A program made the position numbers and the translations under genes. A stretch of 64,000 bases of DNA. Source: Syncephalis fuscata S228 (taxonomy: Eukaryota > Fungi > Zoopagomycota). Of the stretch, positions 13,572 through 26,454 are shown piece after piece (position 1 is the stretch's first letter; each line of letters opens with the position of its first letter). The stretch spans positions 372,001 to 436,000 of the forward strand of contig JAHLTZ010000023.1 of NCBI GenBank assembly GCA_025786725.1, given 5' to 3'. The notes below the pieces were generated by a model. The model made no database searches, had not been told where the DNA came from, and was given only the letters and a program-made list of their open reading frames with translations.

Positions 13572-15731
13572 GGTGATATTGATTTGTTAAAACAAACAAA
13601 TAAAAGAGATAGTAAAGTGTGGTTGGTATAGAGTGGTGAATAGTGCGTGTTTAGCAAGAAGTAGAGCGTGATGATGATATTGCAGTTGGTTGTGTATATT
13701 TTGTGGGCTATTTAAACTTACGACTATCCTGACATACTAGTATGCTGCACTATACGAGATATACCATTTATGTGTAATATGAACCAATAAAGCAATCCAA
13801 ACAATGGTTTGAGGCACGCGTGTACCAATAGATTTATGGTGTGACATCCTACTTTTTGGTCTTGGTTTCAACCTGCTCAGCTTTGATTTAACCTACTTGG
13901 CCTTTACTTCAGTTTGCCAACCATTTACACAAAAAACACAATGATGGTAATAATCTAGTACATATGCGATATAAATGGATATATTAGCCTGTTTTTTTTC
14001 GTTATATAATTTAATTATTTGGTAAAAACGATAATGATGTATTTGCTGCCATTTCTACCAATTCAGTTTTCAATATTTGCATACATACAAAATAGTACAC
14101 AACGCTGATGCAAAAACAAGTTTAATATATCAAACTGGTATTTTATACAGGTTTTTACTGCCATACATAGGCCAGCCATAATTTTTAAATTATAAAATGT
14201 ATTGATTGGTACATGTATACATTTCATTCGACACTATGCCCATTGTTATGGGGTAATCATTGCTTTGAATTCACAATACATCACATCCAGGCATATCATA
14301 CTACATGCTGTGCAACTACCATCATTCAAATGGCGGCTAATCTAAATTATTTGCAATTGACTATACAATAAGTACTATTTATAAAATGATGTATCATAGC
14401 ATTTTGAGCAATAAACATTCCAACAGGTCATTTTCGTCACCAGTTTTCAGGTGTAGACTAAATTGCATTGGCTAAACTACACGCAATTCACTATGCAGAC
14501 ACTAGCTAGACACAATAGAAAGTTCTGCCCAAATATCAGCAATTTTGAGTGCATAACGGCTGTGGATTGTACATCAGCCGATAATCATCCAAGGCCTAAG
14601 TACTGCTTACATTTCTGAAACCAATTCTGACAAGTTAAGCAAGATAGAATATAGAAGAACAAGCCAAGGCAGAAACCAATGGAAAAACAATTAGCAGTTT
14701 AAAGGCTTACTAGTTTAGCTTATAGCAAATCATTATTTTCATACCAGGCTAGACTGAGTTTATCAATGATCCAACTATTGATGATACAGTTAGAACGATA
14801 GCACTAAACGAAAGTAACGCATGAAAACAAAACATTGTACATAGCATTTAATAAAACTACAAATACACACGTGCTGTTATACTTTGGATTGTATAAGGTG
14901 TACTTGAGGAGAAAGCAGACAATAGCGGATGATGTTGTCAATAAATAGCTACTCATAAGGGCATTGATTGGTTAAAATGAGGATTAATATAGTTACATAT
15001 CATAAGTAATGATTTCATGCTGTTGTAAGTTGTTAAACAGAAAAAAAACATCTATCTATCAGACTGAAATGCGCATTCAGAATTATTTATGTTGTCCATT
15101 TGTTCCATAAAAGCATATACAACTAAAGTAAATAGTAAAGTAGCATGGACACCATTTTCAACTATAAAATATACAACTATATTATGTGTAAATGCGTAGC
15201 AATTCAATATCAAATAGTGTACTAATCAGATATTAGTTTATTGCTATACTGCCAGCCATCTGTTTAATTCACTTGACAATAGAAATGTAGGATGTCATTA
15301 CGGTATTGAATTACGGTATTATGATAATTTAATTATTTACCATGCGATTGATTCATGACATCTACCATGTAATCGAACAACATGCCAATGATAACATGTG
15401 AATAGCCACAACAAGAACATACTAAATATTAGTATTAACAATTACAACCAAACAACTATCCAATGACATAGCTAGTAAGTATTTGTTATTTACTGACATA
15501 TGAGCAACCATATGAACAAGGCTCAAATTCTATTAACAATAGTGTTTACTATAAACTACTAGCCCTATTGAAATTACAATAAACATATCTATATCTTTGG
15601 TTATATATTCTTTCTCTGCTTTAATTGCAAGTGTTATTTAGCTATTAAAAGCTTAACTATGGTAATTGATGGTTAAAAGAAAATTATTTATTGTTAATTT
15701 TATAATAACATCAGATTTATGTCATATAAAT

Positions 15732-15822
15732 GTAAGCAATTAATTAGTGATTACTAGCGCTTAGGCGATAGAAGTAAGCATAAACAAGACGGTAATCATT
15801 AAGTTGCTAGTCGTCACAGTGT
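15732..15822 (+). repeat. ~90-bp dispersed direct repeat, copy 2
   Basis: Matches 12190-12280 with scattered substitutions. Confidence 0.85.
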
Positions 15823-18800
15823 TATTGAATTTAGTAATTTGGTCACCGAATCGCAATATAATTAAATAATTTGATCATAAAAAAGCTATTTAATATTGTT
15901 TGGCATTTAAATCAACAATCGGCTATAAATGACAGTTTTTTGCTTGATCGGTATTTTTATTTTCCAAAATCTTCTGCAAATTTTACATTTCTAGGTGCTA
16001 AAATAGATACAGTGTTTAAACAATAATTTGGAACACTCTTGGTACTTATTATGCAGAATTACTGACGACGACGAATACCGAAAACTCGTGCGCTATATTC
16101 TGCCAACAATCAAATAAATATGCCAATCTAGAAAGTTTATTGCACAGATTATCATCCTACGTGGAAAGTAAACATAATAGTTTGATAATTGGTCTAAACT
16201 ATTACCGCCATTGTATAGCAGTGGCAATTCCGCTTTTACTTAGCTATAGCATGTAGATTTGGTATTCTGTTAGACTAATAAACAGTATGTCATTAAACAT
16301 AATCATTTAATTTAATAACGGGTCTCAATTTAATGAGTTTAAAAATAAAAGTTTATTATGATTAATTGCAGCGTAAATAGTTCATAGTTAAGCAAACAAT
16401 ATTGCACTATTATTAAACTGAAATGCAAAGTTATAAAAACTTTATTATTAACCAATCTAGTGTTTAGCTAATCACGTATTATATATTTAATTTCTATTAA
16501 ATCACTTCGACAGCTTGGGCTATATTTAAACATATCGGTTAGCTAAATAATAATAATAAATAACCTAGTTGATAAAACACAGTATTTTGTACCATCAGTT
16601 ATTATAATATACTAGCACATAATCATGCTGTTCTCATCACCCTGCTGTATTCTCTGCACACGCTTGCTTGTTCATTATTTGCATTTATCCTCACCGACAA
16701 AACAGGATATGAAAATCCAGGTCGGTTAGCGCCGTGCAATAGCACAGCAAATGCAGTTTCATTTAATTTAATGTCTCGCAGTTAATCCACAATCCTAGCA
16801 AATCTTGTGCTATATTGTTCTTTAATACAAGTGGCAAGTCAAACATGCAATCAGCAATGAAAGATCTTCCAGCGTCATGTGCACGTTAATAGCTACAAAC
16901 AATGCATGTATAAAAACACAGTTATACATTAATCGTCTACAAGAATGCAATAAATATCGTATCGCATCGAAAAGTATGATAAATAATTTTGCGCATGGCC
17001 TTTGATCCATCCGTGCTTACAGCTTATAAAAGATGTAAACGCTTTACCAAATATGTCTTATTGGCAGTGAATCCTAACATTACAAGATTTTCATCAAGTA
17101 AATAACACGCGCAAGCTATAAATAGCATAAATATACGTTTACTTTTACAACCTTATGTTCATTTAAAAAGACGGCGTACAGCCTAGCTTGTACGTCGCTT
17201 TGAACATAGGCCGAGCACGCAAATGTTATGATTTTCTTTTCAATGCAGACATCTATGCAACTAATAGCAATAGTATGAATAGCCAGCTAGTATATAGCAT
17301 CGTTAAGGCAGCAAAAATGGCACCTGGTCTAGACAAATTCATTCAAAGTTGAAATATGCCTGTTTGAATCGACAGAGGATAACAGTGCCAGGCATCGAAC
17401 CTTTTACATGGGCATCATCTGGATACGCGAAATAATGATATAATGGCAAATACTTACAATATTATATGATGTAAATAGAAAAGCAAAGGCTATGCTTATT
17501 ACTAGGCAATCAACAAAAGCAATGACAAATAGAAAGGAAAGTACGTGATGGATTCGTATAGCGGTTAGTCCTATTGACTTTTTTAAAACTATTACTTCAT
17601 TTGCTATTACAAAAACTACAGTTTTTGGTCAGATTAACATCGACACAAAATTCGTTCACACTTGTTTATTTGAATGATAATGATGCAGCGATTTAAGTTG
17701 CAAATAAAATAAAACATATTCAATGAAAGTAGTGCACTGTATACTTTTAGTTTTGTTGTTAAAAGTATTTTACTAGAGCAATAGCTTCGTTGCTTTTGCT
17801 AGTAATGAATATTTATAGGGCAATAATTCACCGACAACACAGCAGTCATATAGCACCATGCTTTTTGCGTTTTTATTTTTTATGAGCGAATTTGCAGCTA
17901 CGCAGCAATAGTAGCAATTGAATACAATGCTTCCTCTTGTAATTGGTTCGATAGCTTGTGTATGAACAAAGGTTAATACGCTTTGTTCCGGATTGTCTTC
18001 AGATACCGAAGTAGTATCTGCAGAAAAACGCACAAGACTGATTATTGCCGTGCCGTCATTACATCTTTCAGCAAGGTTGGCCAAGCAGCGGTGTCGCCAA
18101 GGACACTGGTGTTTTTCAGCTATTTTGTTTAATCTAAAGTTAACACCGACTTAGTCGCACCAATAATTGCCATATTCAGGCCCTCGGCATATGGGTCTTA
18201 ATTGTTACTAGCTAAACCGCCGTCGCCCTTCTATTCAGATCTGCCCATGCTATTTGCTACACCGCTAGTCTCGTGGCGATTGCTGTTGGCAGCAATAAAC
18301 AGACATATGTTACATCTATATCTGTAACTGTTTCTTCTGTAAATGAACAGTCATCGTGGTCAGCTATCATCCAGAAATAATGGCGCTAGTCGACCCCTGT
18401 TTATACATTTATTTCTACATACATACGATTCACATGATGGACAAGTCTGTTTTTATGCCTAGTAGGAGGCGCCCATAAACCGGATAAAGGCCCCTTCTGT
18501 GCCATTGTGTTAAAAATAGGCGACAATAATTCGCCGTGGGAAGAGTGTGGATCTGTGGTGCCAATGAAATAAAATGGAGATTATGGATGTACAACTCCGG
18601 AGGGGACTTGTTTACTTGAACAAGAGAACTGGGCCAGTGGTCGTCCCACACTTGAGTTCAACGACATGCGTTTGTAGAGCGCTTATTACGACATAGATGC
18701 AAAATGAGGGATGAAAGTCTGCATGCGCTCTATACGTTTTTTGTGCGAGATGCACATGGACAGCTGTCCCAATCAGGTCACATTACTTGCTCCCTTTAGA

Positions 18801-19160
18801 CAAAGGCAATAAATATTTATTCACTTTAAAACCATCGGCGTGCCTTCTTGCTGTAAAAGGCAGCTGGCAAACATCATATTCTTCCTATCATTTTCACCTT
18901 CCGCGTTCACGTTCCGTGCGATACTTTATAGCCACGACGCTACATCCATTTCGCGCTTTAGTTCCCTAACTCTTTTCTTTATCTCACGGCGGCACACCGT
19001 GTTGCTGTCCGCAACAACAACAACAAACCACCCGATTTTTGTCGGGGGTGGGCGTTACGACTTGAATTTTGCTTTATTATTATCAACTACGCTATCACGA
19101 AGCAGTATAGGATTTACACCACCATATCGGCGATTTACTGCTTTATTTTAACGATCCATT

Positions 19161-20926
19161 ATGGCGACTACCGAGTCTGCAACACGCCCTTCATCAGGGT
19201 ATCAGCCGTCACCGGTTACCGAGCTGCCCACCTATAATACTAATGTGACGGAAATGAACGAGGCCAGTGTTCGGCAAGAGCCAGCCGTAATAGTATGACA
19301 ACTGTCCAGCATGAAGAAAAGCGCATCAGCACCGTAGAGTCAATTAAACGTACCGATAACGACGACGACGAAGGTCCATCAAAGCTGGATGAGATCTACC
19401 AACGCTACAAAATCTACATCCACGGGCTAATCTGGTGCTTAATTACCACCTTTTTTGTTGCTGCCGTCGTGCTACATCCCAATCATGGATGGATTCCATT
19501 AACTGCTCTATACGTTTTTATTACGCTTAAAATGTTTTTTGCCTATGTTTCTGTAAGTTATATCACTCGTCCAGTTGGCCGTGTCTGGTGTGCAGCCATC
19601 GAACACCCGTGGTTTAAGATTAATCGCCGTGTTCGCTACGCAATTGGCTTTGCTGTCCCGCTTATTGTTATGATATGCACTGCTTTAATTGCTCCCGAAT
19701 CCGAAAGCGGAACCCGTATCCAACGTATTATTTCATTTTGTGGGCTTATTTTCATTGTTCTCCTACTATACATCACCTCAAATGACCGTGCCTACATTAA
19801 ATGGCGTATTGTCATTGTGGGTATTTCAATCCAGTTTTTGCTTGGCGTGTTCATTCTTAAGACCCAAGTCGGTTATGATCTATTTGGATGGATCTCCAGC
19901 ATGGCCAGCGCATTCCTTGGCTTTAGCAAAGTTGGTGCCGTTTTTGTATTAGGCGAGGAATCCGTTAAAACCAATTCATTCGCCGTCAGTGTATTGCCGG
20001 GTGTTCTGTTCTTTGCTTCATTTATCCAAATCGTCTACTACCTCGGTGGTATGCAATGGATTGTTCGCAAGTTTGCCTGGATCATGGTACGTCTAATGGA
20101 CACAAGTGGTGCCGAATCAGTTGTCGCTGCCGCATCTCCTTTTGTCGGTCAAGGTGAATCTGCTCTTTTGGTCAAGCCTTTCATTAAGGACATGACCATG
20201 TCGGAAATTCACTCAACTATGTGTTCCGGTTTCGCCACCATTGCCGGCTCCGTTTTAATCGCCTTCATTTCATTTGGTATTCCATCGCAGCCCCTACTAA
20301 CGGCATGTGTTATGTCAACACCTTGCTCATTGGTCGTGTCCAAGCTCCGTTATCCAGAGAAGCAGCAATCGACATCGAAGGGCCGTGTCATTATTCCTAA
20401 GGAAGAAGACCGTGAAGCAAACATTCTTCATGCCGCTGCTAATGGCGCCGCTCAGGGTGTTCATCTTATTCTATTGATTGCCGGTACTTTGTTGGCCATT
20501 ATTTCGCTACTGGAACTTTTCAACACCATGCTTGGCTGGCTCGGTGCCTTTGTCAATCTTCCTGGCTTAACGTTGACGGATATTGCCAAATATTTATTTG
20601 TACCGTTCGCTTGGTTTATCGGCATTCCTACCGCCGATGTAATGCGAGTTGCCGATTTGATGGCCACCAAGATGGTTGGCAATGAATTCCTTGCGTACAT
20701 TGCTTTGTCCAAGGCACAGAGTGTAATGACGCTGCGTGGTCAATTGCTTACAACCTATGCTCTCTGTGGCTTTGCCAACTTTGCTTCCATTGGTATTCAG
20801 ATTGGCTGTATTGGCGCTATCGCTCCTACGCGTAAGCGCGATCTTGCTCGCCTGGCTTTCTCGTCCATGATTAGTGGTACACTATCGACATTTATAACGG
20901 CCTGCATTGCTGGTCTTTTGTTATAA
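19161..20926 (+). CDS. CNT1: Concentrative nucleoside transporter (SLC28/CNT family)
   Basis: Motifs SGAESVVAAASPFVGQGESAL, MCSGFATIAGSV, NEFLAY and YALCGFANFASIGIQIG. Main ORF is 19295-20926; a probable upstream ATG at 19161 needs a -1 frameshift near 19270. Confidence 0.95.
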
Positions 20927-21203
20927 CTCCCGCTACTGTTACTACTATAACGTCTATTACCTATTACTAGTGATAATAATAAAACATTTGCTGACTGCTT
21001 TTTTTGAACGGTAATTTGTGTGTAGATTAATGAATTATATTTTATTACAACTGTAACTATAACTATTAGACGTTACAACTATCACTAAATAAACTTTTTT
21101 TGCTAATTCTAATTTATTTAATAAAGGCTATTTAATATAAGGTTTGTTGATTAAGCTTTTCTTTGACCTAGCACTTAAATAGCAACTCAGTACACTCAAT
21201 CTA

Positions 21204-21816
21204 TCATCCTGATAACATTAAACTTCGCTCCAGATTATGTAACTGTCGGCGACCTTCAGATAAAAGTGTCTTTAGTGCATCCTAATTATATTATCGTCAT
21301 TAATAAATTGTCCACTAGTGGCCGCTGTTTATGTGCATACCTGACTTGTGCCAGTACGGCTACGTTTAAACTCGTGTCGCACCCAACCAAGTAGTTCTTC
21401 ACGGTCCGCTTTAGCCACTTCACCTAGTAGTAACCGGTTACGTAAATGGTGCAATCTTTATTATTTATATTAATACACTCACTATGCCAAATAGTACGTT
21501 GAAATTCTCGGTACAATTGACGAATCTGCGCCCGAAGAATAAACTATATATTGTTTAGCTATGCTCGTAGCATAATATACATTTATTCATATAGAATACT
21601 TGCATCAGATAGCGATGGTGCATTTTTCTCGGCCCATCGACGTTCATAGCCATTAATTACTATTGGTTCATGACGAATCGTGTCATTTCTATGGACGGCT
21701 GTTGTCTGTTTTGAACAGGTCTGAAATGCACATACAATCGCTGTTGTCGTCCGATTCGTTCGCTGTAATGATCGCCGATAAACGGTGCGAGCAATTGAGG
21801 TTGTCAGTTTAAACAT
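21204..21816 (-). CDS. Mitochondrial LYR-motif protein, LYRM2-like
   Basis: Mitochondrial-targeting-like N-terminus; spliced exons give FILRAQIRQLYREFQR, REELLGWVRHEFKR and LLSEGRRQL. Confidence 0.8.
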
Positions 21817-22016
21817 GACGATAAAGAAATAATAGATATTAAGAGTAAAAGCAACGCCATGTTACTAAAACACACCTTTGGTAGTTTTGTATTTCTTTCG
21901 CTCATCTTGCATTACTTACGTGGCGACACTGTTATTTGTTTATTTGCCTACTTATTGGCCAGCACACTTCTCTCTTACTCTGTGCGTGCGTGTGTGTGTG
22001 TATATTCAGTGCTGTC

Positions 22017-22916
22017 ATGGCAACTGCTACTATCACGCCACTAACACCGGACAACCGGGATGTTCGCGGCTTACTTGAATGCTGCAAAGCCATTGAAGCG
22101 AGTGTAAGCGTTATTAGTATTATTTAGTGTTTATTGTTAATATGTGTATTCAGCATGTGTCGTTGGAAACTCTATTCAAAGAGGAGCGTGAACAGCTAAC
22201 AACAGCGAGTATTGCCTGTCTACTGGCTCTGGACGACATGTAAGTAGATTGTTTATCTACAGTATATTGTTAGTAATTGTAACGATCAAGTCCGTCGGCC
22301 ACGCTTCAACTAAACAATATACCGCAAAACCAAAGAACACCAGAAATCAATGCATTGTTTGAGGTTGCTCGTGGATTGACAGCCGGACCTACGCAAACAG
22401 AATTGATATTTCAGGCGATTCACGCCTTTACGTGGAATGATGTCGTGGCATCCATTATGACGCAACTCATCGGTAAATATTACTTTGTTTTTATATTCAC
22501 TTTGTTCATTTGCATAATACTCCATTGAAATCATCAATAGAATCTACTCGTCAAAAGACAATCAACACCATTGAATCCAGCTACAACTCGTTGCCTTTAG
22601 CACTTGCGGCAAATAAAATAGGCTTATCGACCGAAGAAACAACTCAATGTAGGTTATATGTATTTATTGCTACTTAACTAATATAAAAAATAACCATCTA
22701 GTATTTGTCAAGGCAGGTTGGGAATTGAATACTGAAAAACAGACACTTTACCGTACAGCTGCCGCGACACCTTCTCGTTCAGGTAATCATTGGAGCGACA
22801 AACACGCGATCGTACTGACAATTCCTCTGACTCATAACTATTCAGTGAAACCGACATTGGCAAAGGATCCGTTTGCTTTACTTACAGACCATGTTCTTCA
22901 TATGGAGCGTTTTTAA
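22017..22916 (+). CDS. CSN8: COP9 signalosome subunit 8 (PCI domain)
   Basis: Spliced translation LLALDDIPSATLQLNNIP...FTWNDVVASIMTQLIESTRQKTINTIESSYNSL...GLSTEE..AGWELN fits CSN8. Divergent from the LYR gene across ~200 bp. Confidence 0.75.
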
Positions 22917-23899
22917 ATGATTACTATTGGTGCATATTCGTTTAATCAAAATTCCACGAATAATAATAAAACACACACATTAATCTAAATAGCTTAACGT
23001 AGTGTAGCTTTGAAATAAGCTGTATTTACAGCTGCCAAGAATCATATCAAGTAATGATGACTACGTTGTAATTTTGAATAACGACTGAATTTCACATTAA
23101 AAGCAAATCAAATATTATTTCTCTCTCTGCATCTGCTTTCTACACTACTATCCGATCGCACTCTTCTTGCAAGAGTTTTTATTTCGACAATCTACGCTAG
23201 TTGATGGAGGTTGCCTTATTGGCATTTGCACTTCTTCGTCCCTACAGTATGCTTGGCCGTCTTTTCCACTATGCCGTCGACGCAGTTCTTGTGTCAACCA
23301 CTCTAGCCGGGATCCGCCGTTCTACCGGAATAACGTAGGTAGAGAGCGGACAGATAGGAGATACAAAACAACTAATAGCCTATTATTGCTGCCAATGCTT
23401 AGATTGAATACGGAAGAGATCAAAAACGATGAAATACGTAAATATACGCTAAAGTACCTTGGTCTTGGTGAATTCCTGGTTGACCAAACCGTTGCATTCA
23501 TGGGCACTTCAAGCTTTTTTAAGCGTAATCGCGATTGAGGACAGCGGACGCTGTGTACAACAAATCGGCGTTTGTTATTAGCATCAGATGATATTAATTA
23601 TTTGTTATATAATATAAATCTATTTGGTAGGCGTAATAAAATGTTTATTTCGCGATTATACGTCTATAGCCAAGTGTATGTGGATGTTTTTTTTACTATT
23701 TATATTGGTATTTTCTACCTTAACGACTGGCACACTTTGCATTAATATAAATAAATAAAAGTCGATTAATAATACATAAGAAAAGGATAAAGGACATTGT
23801 ATTAAGACTGTACATATTTGTTACATTATATACTTTATTAGAACTATATTTTAAATTGAATTGCTGGTCTGTTTTCAGCTTCTTATTGCTGGTTTAAAC

Positions 23900-26296
23900 A
23901 TGCCGACACGCGATTTGCACAATGAAATAGGAGCATTTGTCGATCTAGCTACAGCTCGTGTATTTATAATTCCTTATAATATTTATACATTGGTTATGCT
24001 GATGCTCATCTTTTACGCTATTGCTATTGTAACTTTCTACTTGCTAGCCATGGATGCGACGCTTTTTCTCGTACTAAGATTACGTGGATTTGTGGGTGCA
24101 TTGCGTCCCGTGCCAAATGCGCGCGAAATGCAAGAAGAACGGGCCATACCAAGATGGCGACAGTTCTGGATGCGATTGGCCACTTGTTACACACAGGATA
24201 TGATAATGCCTCGCTTAATAGAAAGCAATCATGGCAGTAATGATGGTAGCAATGATAATAATAACCGTAATGGCAATAGTAGTGATAGTGATAGCAATGA
24301 TAGCAATAACAATAGCAATGAAAGCAATAGCATTAGTAGTGATAGCATCCGTAGTATTCACATTAATAGCAATGACAATGAAAATGAAAATGATAAGTTT
24401 TATAGTGCTAACAGCAATAGCAATGATGATGGAGTTGGAAATACAAATAGCAATCAACACACAAGATCAAATAGGACAATACATCAATTTAGTAGTGAAG
24501 ATTGTATTGGACTGTGCAATTCACCTGGCCTACATAGTGGCCCAGGTGTTATCGAAGTGGCTACAGAAATGAAGCGTCAGCTTATATCTTCGGCCTCAGG
24601 AACTGGCTTTACACCAAGACCATCACCGCTTAGTCGCCGTTTACAGTCCGATTATGAATGGCTTGCTTGGATATTAATAATCTCATCAATAGTTGCAATT
24701 GCTGGCATGCTAGCGCGTATTGTATATTATTTTAAACGAAACTCCAATTGTGAGTTTGGCCGTTACTGGATTACGGTCTGCCAAGGTGTATCTCATGCCG
24801 GTTTTATGACTATTGTTATTTGGCTACAACAGCACGGTTATGGCCAGTGGCCTGTTGTCTTCGTATTACAAATGCTTGCCGCTTCATTGACTGTTGTATC
24901 TGTGTCTATTATATCTATTCCATTGGATTCAAGCTTTAATATAGCTGGAATATGTTTATATCCTTCAACGGGCAATGTTTATCCACATTTGATAGGTGCC
25001 GGATTCATTTCTTTTTCGTTTCTAATGATACTGCGTGTAATCTGCGCACTTTGTCATTTACCGCCAGAATTAGAAAGCGACACGGATGATGATGATTTTA
25101 GAGTGACATGTCTACCAGGAACATTATCAACGTCAAAAGCACGCTTATTGATGACTCGGTTTTCTCCGTTTAGATATTATAAATATTTACTTAGAAAACA
25201 TCGTCAACGACGCCACCGCCGTTTTCGACGTACTAATAGCTTTGGTGGAACTAGTATGTTGGATTCACAGCTAGAAGTTCCGCAACATGTAGCTAGCCCA
25301 AGAAATTTGCCACCAGTAGCACCGCCTCTATCCGATGGACACTCATGGATATCTTCTACAAACATTAATCGTGCTCGTCGGTCTTCCTCCTATCCATATG
25401 AAGCAGGAAATTTATTTAATAATAGTTCCTTGCCTTCGGTATTTCCAAGAAGTACACTTGCAGGATCAGTTGAGAATCCAGTTCGATGGATTTCTGTAAA
25501 ACCAAAATCTGTCCAAACAAGTCTAGGCACCATTTTACGCCATTTCATAAAGCACACTATTTTATTCAGTGATCTGGTAACGGCCATTTGCATGCTAGCA
25601 ACCGGCATCACTTATAGCACTGATGTCTGGTTACATTTCACCAACCTGCCAATTGTGATTACCTGTAAGTACTTTATAAACGTGACCGCCAATTTTAACA
25701 CTGGCTTAAATACTTTATTAGGGATTGCAATTTGCTATGCCGCACTTAATTCGTTTAGATATTGGCATCGACGCGACAAACGATTCGCTAGTTTATTGCC
25801 AATTCATAGACACGCCCAAGTATCAACGACAACTCAACGCACGCCGTCAAATACCATTAATCAGTTTCATTCATTATCCGAGGAAACGGGCGGCGAATAT
25901 TCCCCAGACACGTCATCAACTCTTGAAGTGCCCATTGAACTAAATGGACCGGTACCACCACCTCGTCAATTGATGACTCGTCTACAGACACCGTTATCAG
26001 CCATTGATGCAACCAATTTGAATAAACAACTACTTCACACTCCCACTGGATCGCAACAACATGGCGTACCATTAGTGCAATCGCCGGCATTTTCTATTTT
26101 AACACTTGGTCGAGCCCGTCATTTACATAACGGCAGCAGCACACCAGGCAATCTTAGTAGCCATACTACTTCCTACTGTAGTAGTAACAACGCTAGTGTA
26201 AATTCACGTGCAGACAATGGCTCGTCCATTGATGAACCTGAATCCGGCATGACCACCGTAGCCAATGATATGATTGGTTACGCGCGTAAAAAGTAA
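23900..26296 (+). CDS. Intronless multi-pass membrane protein with N/S/D-rich insertion; function unknown
   Basis: ~800-aa ORF with about 7 hydrophobic segments interrupted by long low-complexity loops. Confidence 0.7.
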   Translation: MPTRDLHNEIGAFVDLATARVFIIPYNIYTLVMLMLIFYAIAIVTFYLLAMDATLFLVLRLRGFVGALRPVPNAREMQEERAIPRWRQFWMRLATCYTQDMIMPRLIESNHGSNDGSNDNNNRNGNSSDSDSNDSNNNSNESNSISSDSIRSIHINSNDNENENDKFYSANSNSNDDGVGNTNSNQHTRSNRTIHQFSSEDCIGLCNSPGLHSGPGVIEVATEMKRQLISSASGTGFTPRPSPLSRRLQSDYEWLAWILIISSIVAIAGMLARIVYYFKRNSNCEFGRYWITVCQGVSHAGFMTIVIWLQQHGYGQWPVVFVLQMLAASLTVVSVSIISIPLDSSFNIAGICLYPSTGNVYPHLIGAGFISFSFLMILRVICALCHLPPELESDTDDDDFRVTCLPGTLSTSKARLLMTRFSPFRYYKYLLRKHRQRRHRRFRRTNSFGGTSMLDSQLEVPQHVASPRNLPPVAPPLSDGHSWISSTNINRARRSSSYPYEAGNLFNNSSLPSVFPRSTLAGSVENPVRWISVKPKSVQTSLGTILRHFIKHTILFSDLVTAICMLATGITYSTDVWLHFTNLPIVITCKYFINVTANFNTGLNTLLGIAICYAALNSFRYWHRRDKRFASLLPIHRHAQVSTTTQRTPSNTINQFHSLSEETGGEYSPDTSSTLEVPIELNGPVPPPRQLMTRLQTPLSAIDATNLNKQLLHTPTGSQQHGVPLVQSPAFSILTLGRARHLHNGSSTPGNLSSHTTSYCSSNNASVNSRADNGSSIDEPESGMTTVANDMIGYARKK

Positions 26297-26454
26297 GTCT
26301 TTGTGCACAATATTGCCAATGGAGTCTTTATCGCTACACATATCCATTGTGATCATGTGAAGTCGTAGATTCATGTGGCGCAACACATGTAGAACAGTTT
26401 AAATAAAGCAATAGGCGTGCCGCCTTGTTTCTTTTATTAAATTATTGCCACGCT

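Noticed and set aside
16600-18700. Short ORFs and small hairpins (~17168-17202, ~18088-18108)
   Set aside because: No recognisable motifs, and no CTRR terminus to support a Helitron end.
23050-23570. Moderately GC-rich, coding-like stretch with short ORFs on both strands
   Set aside because: No consistent reading frame or known motif; at most a decayed gene.
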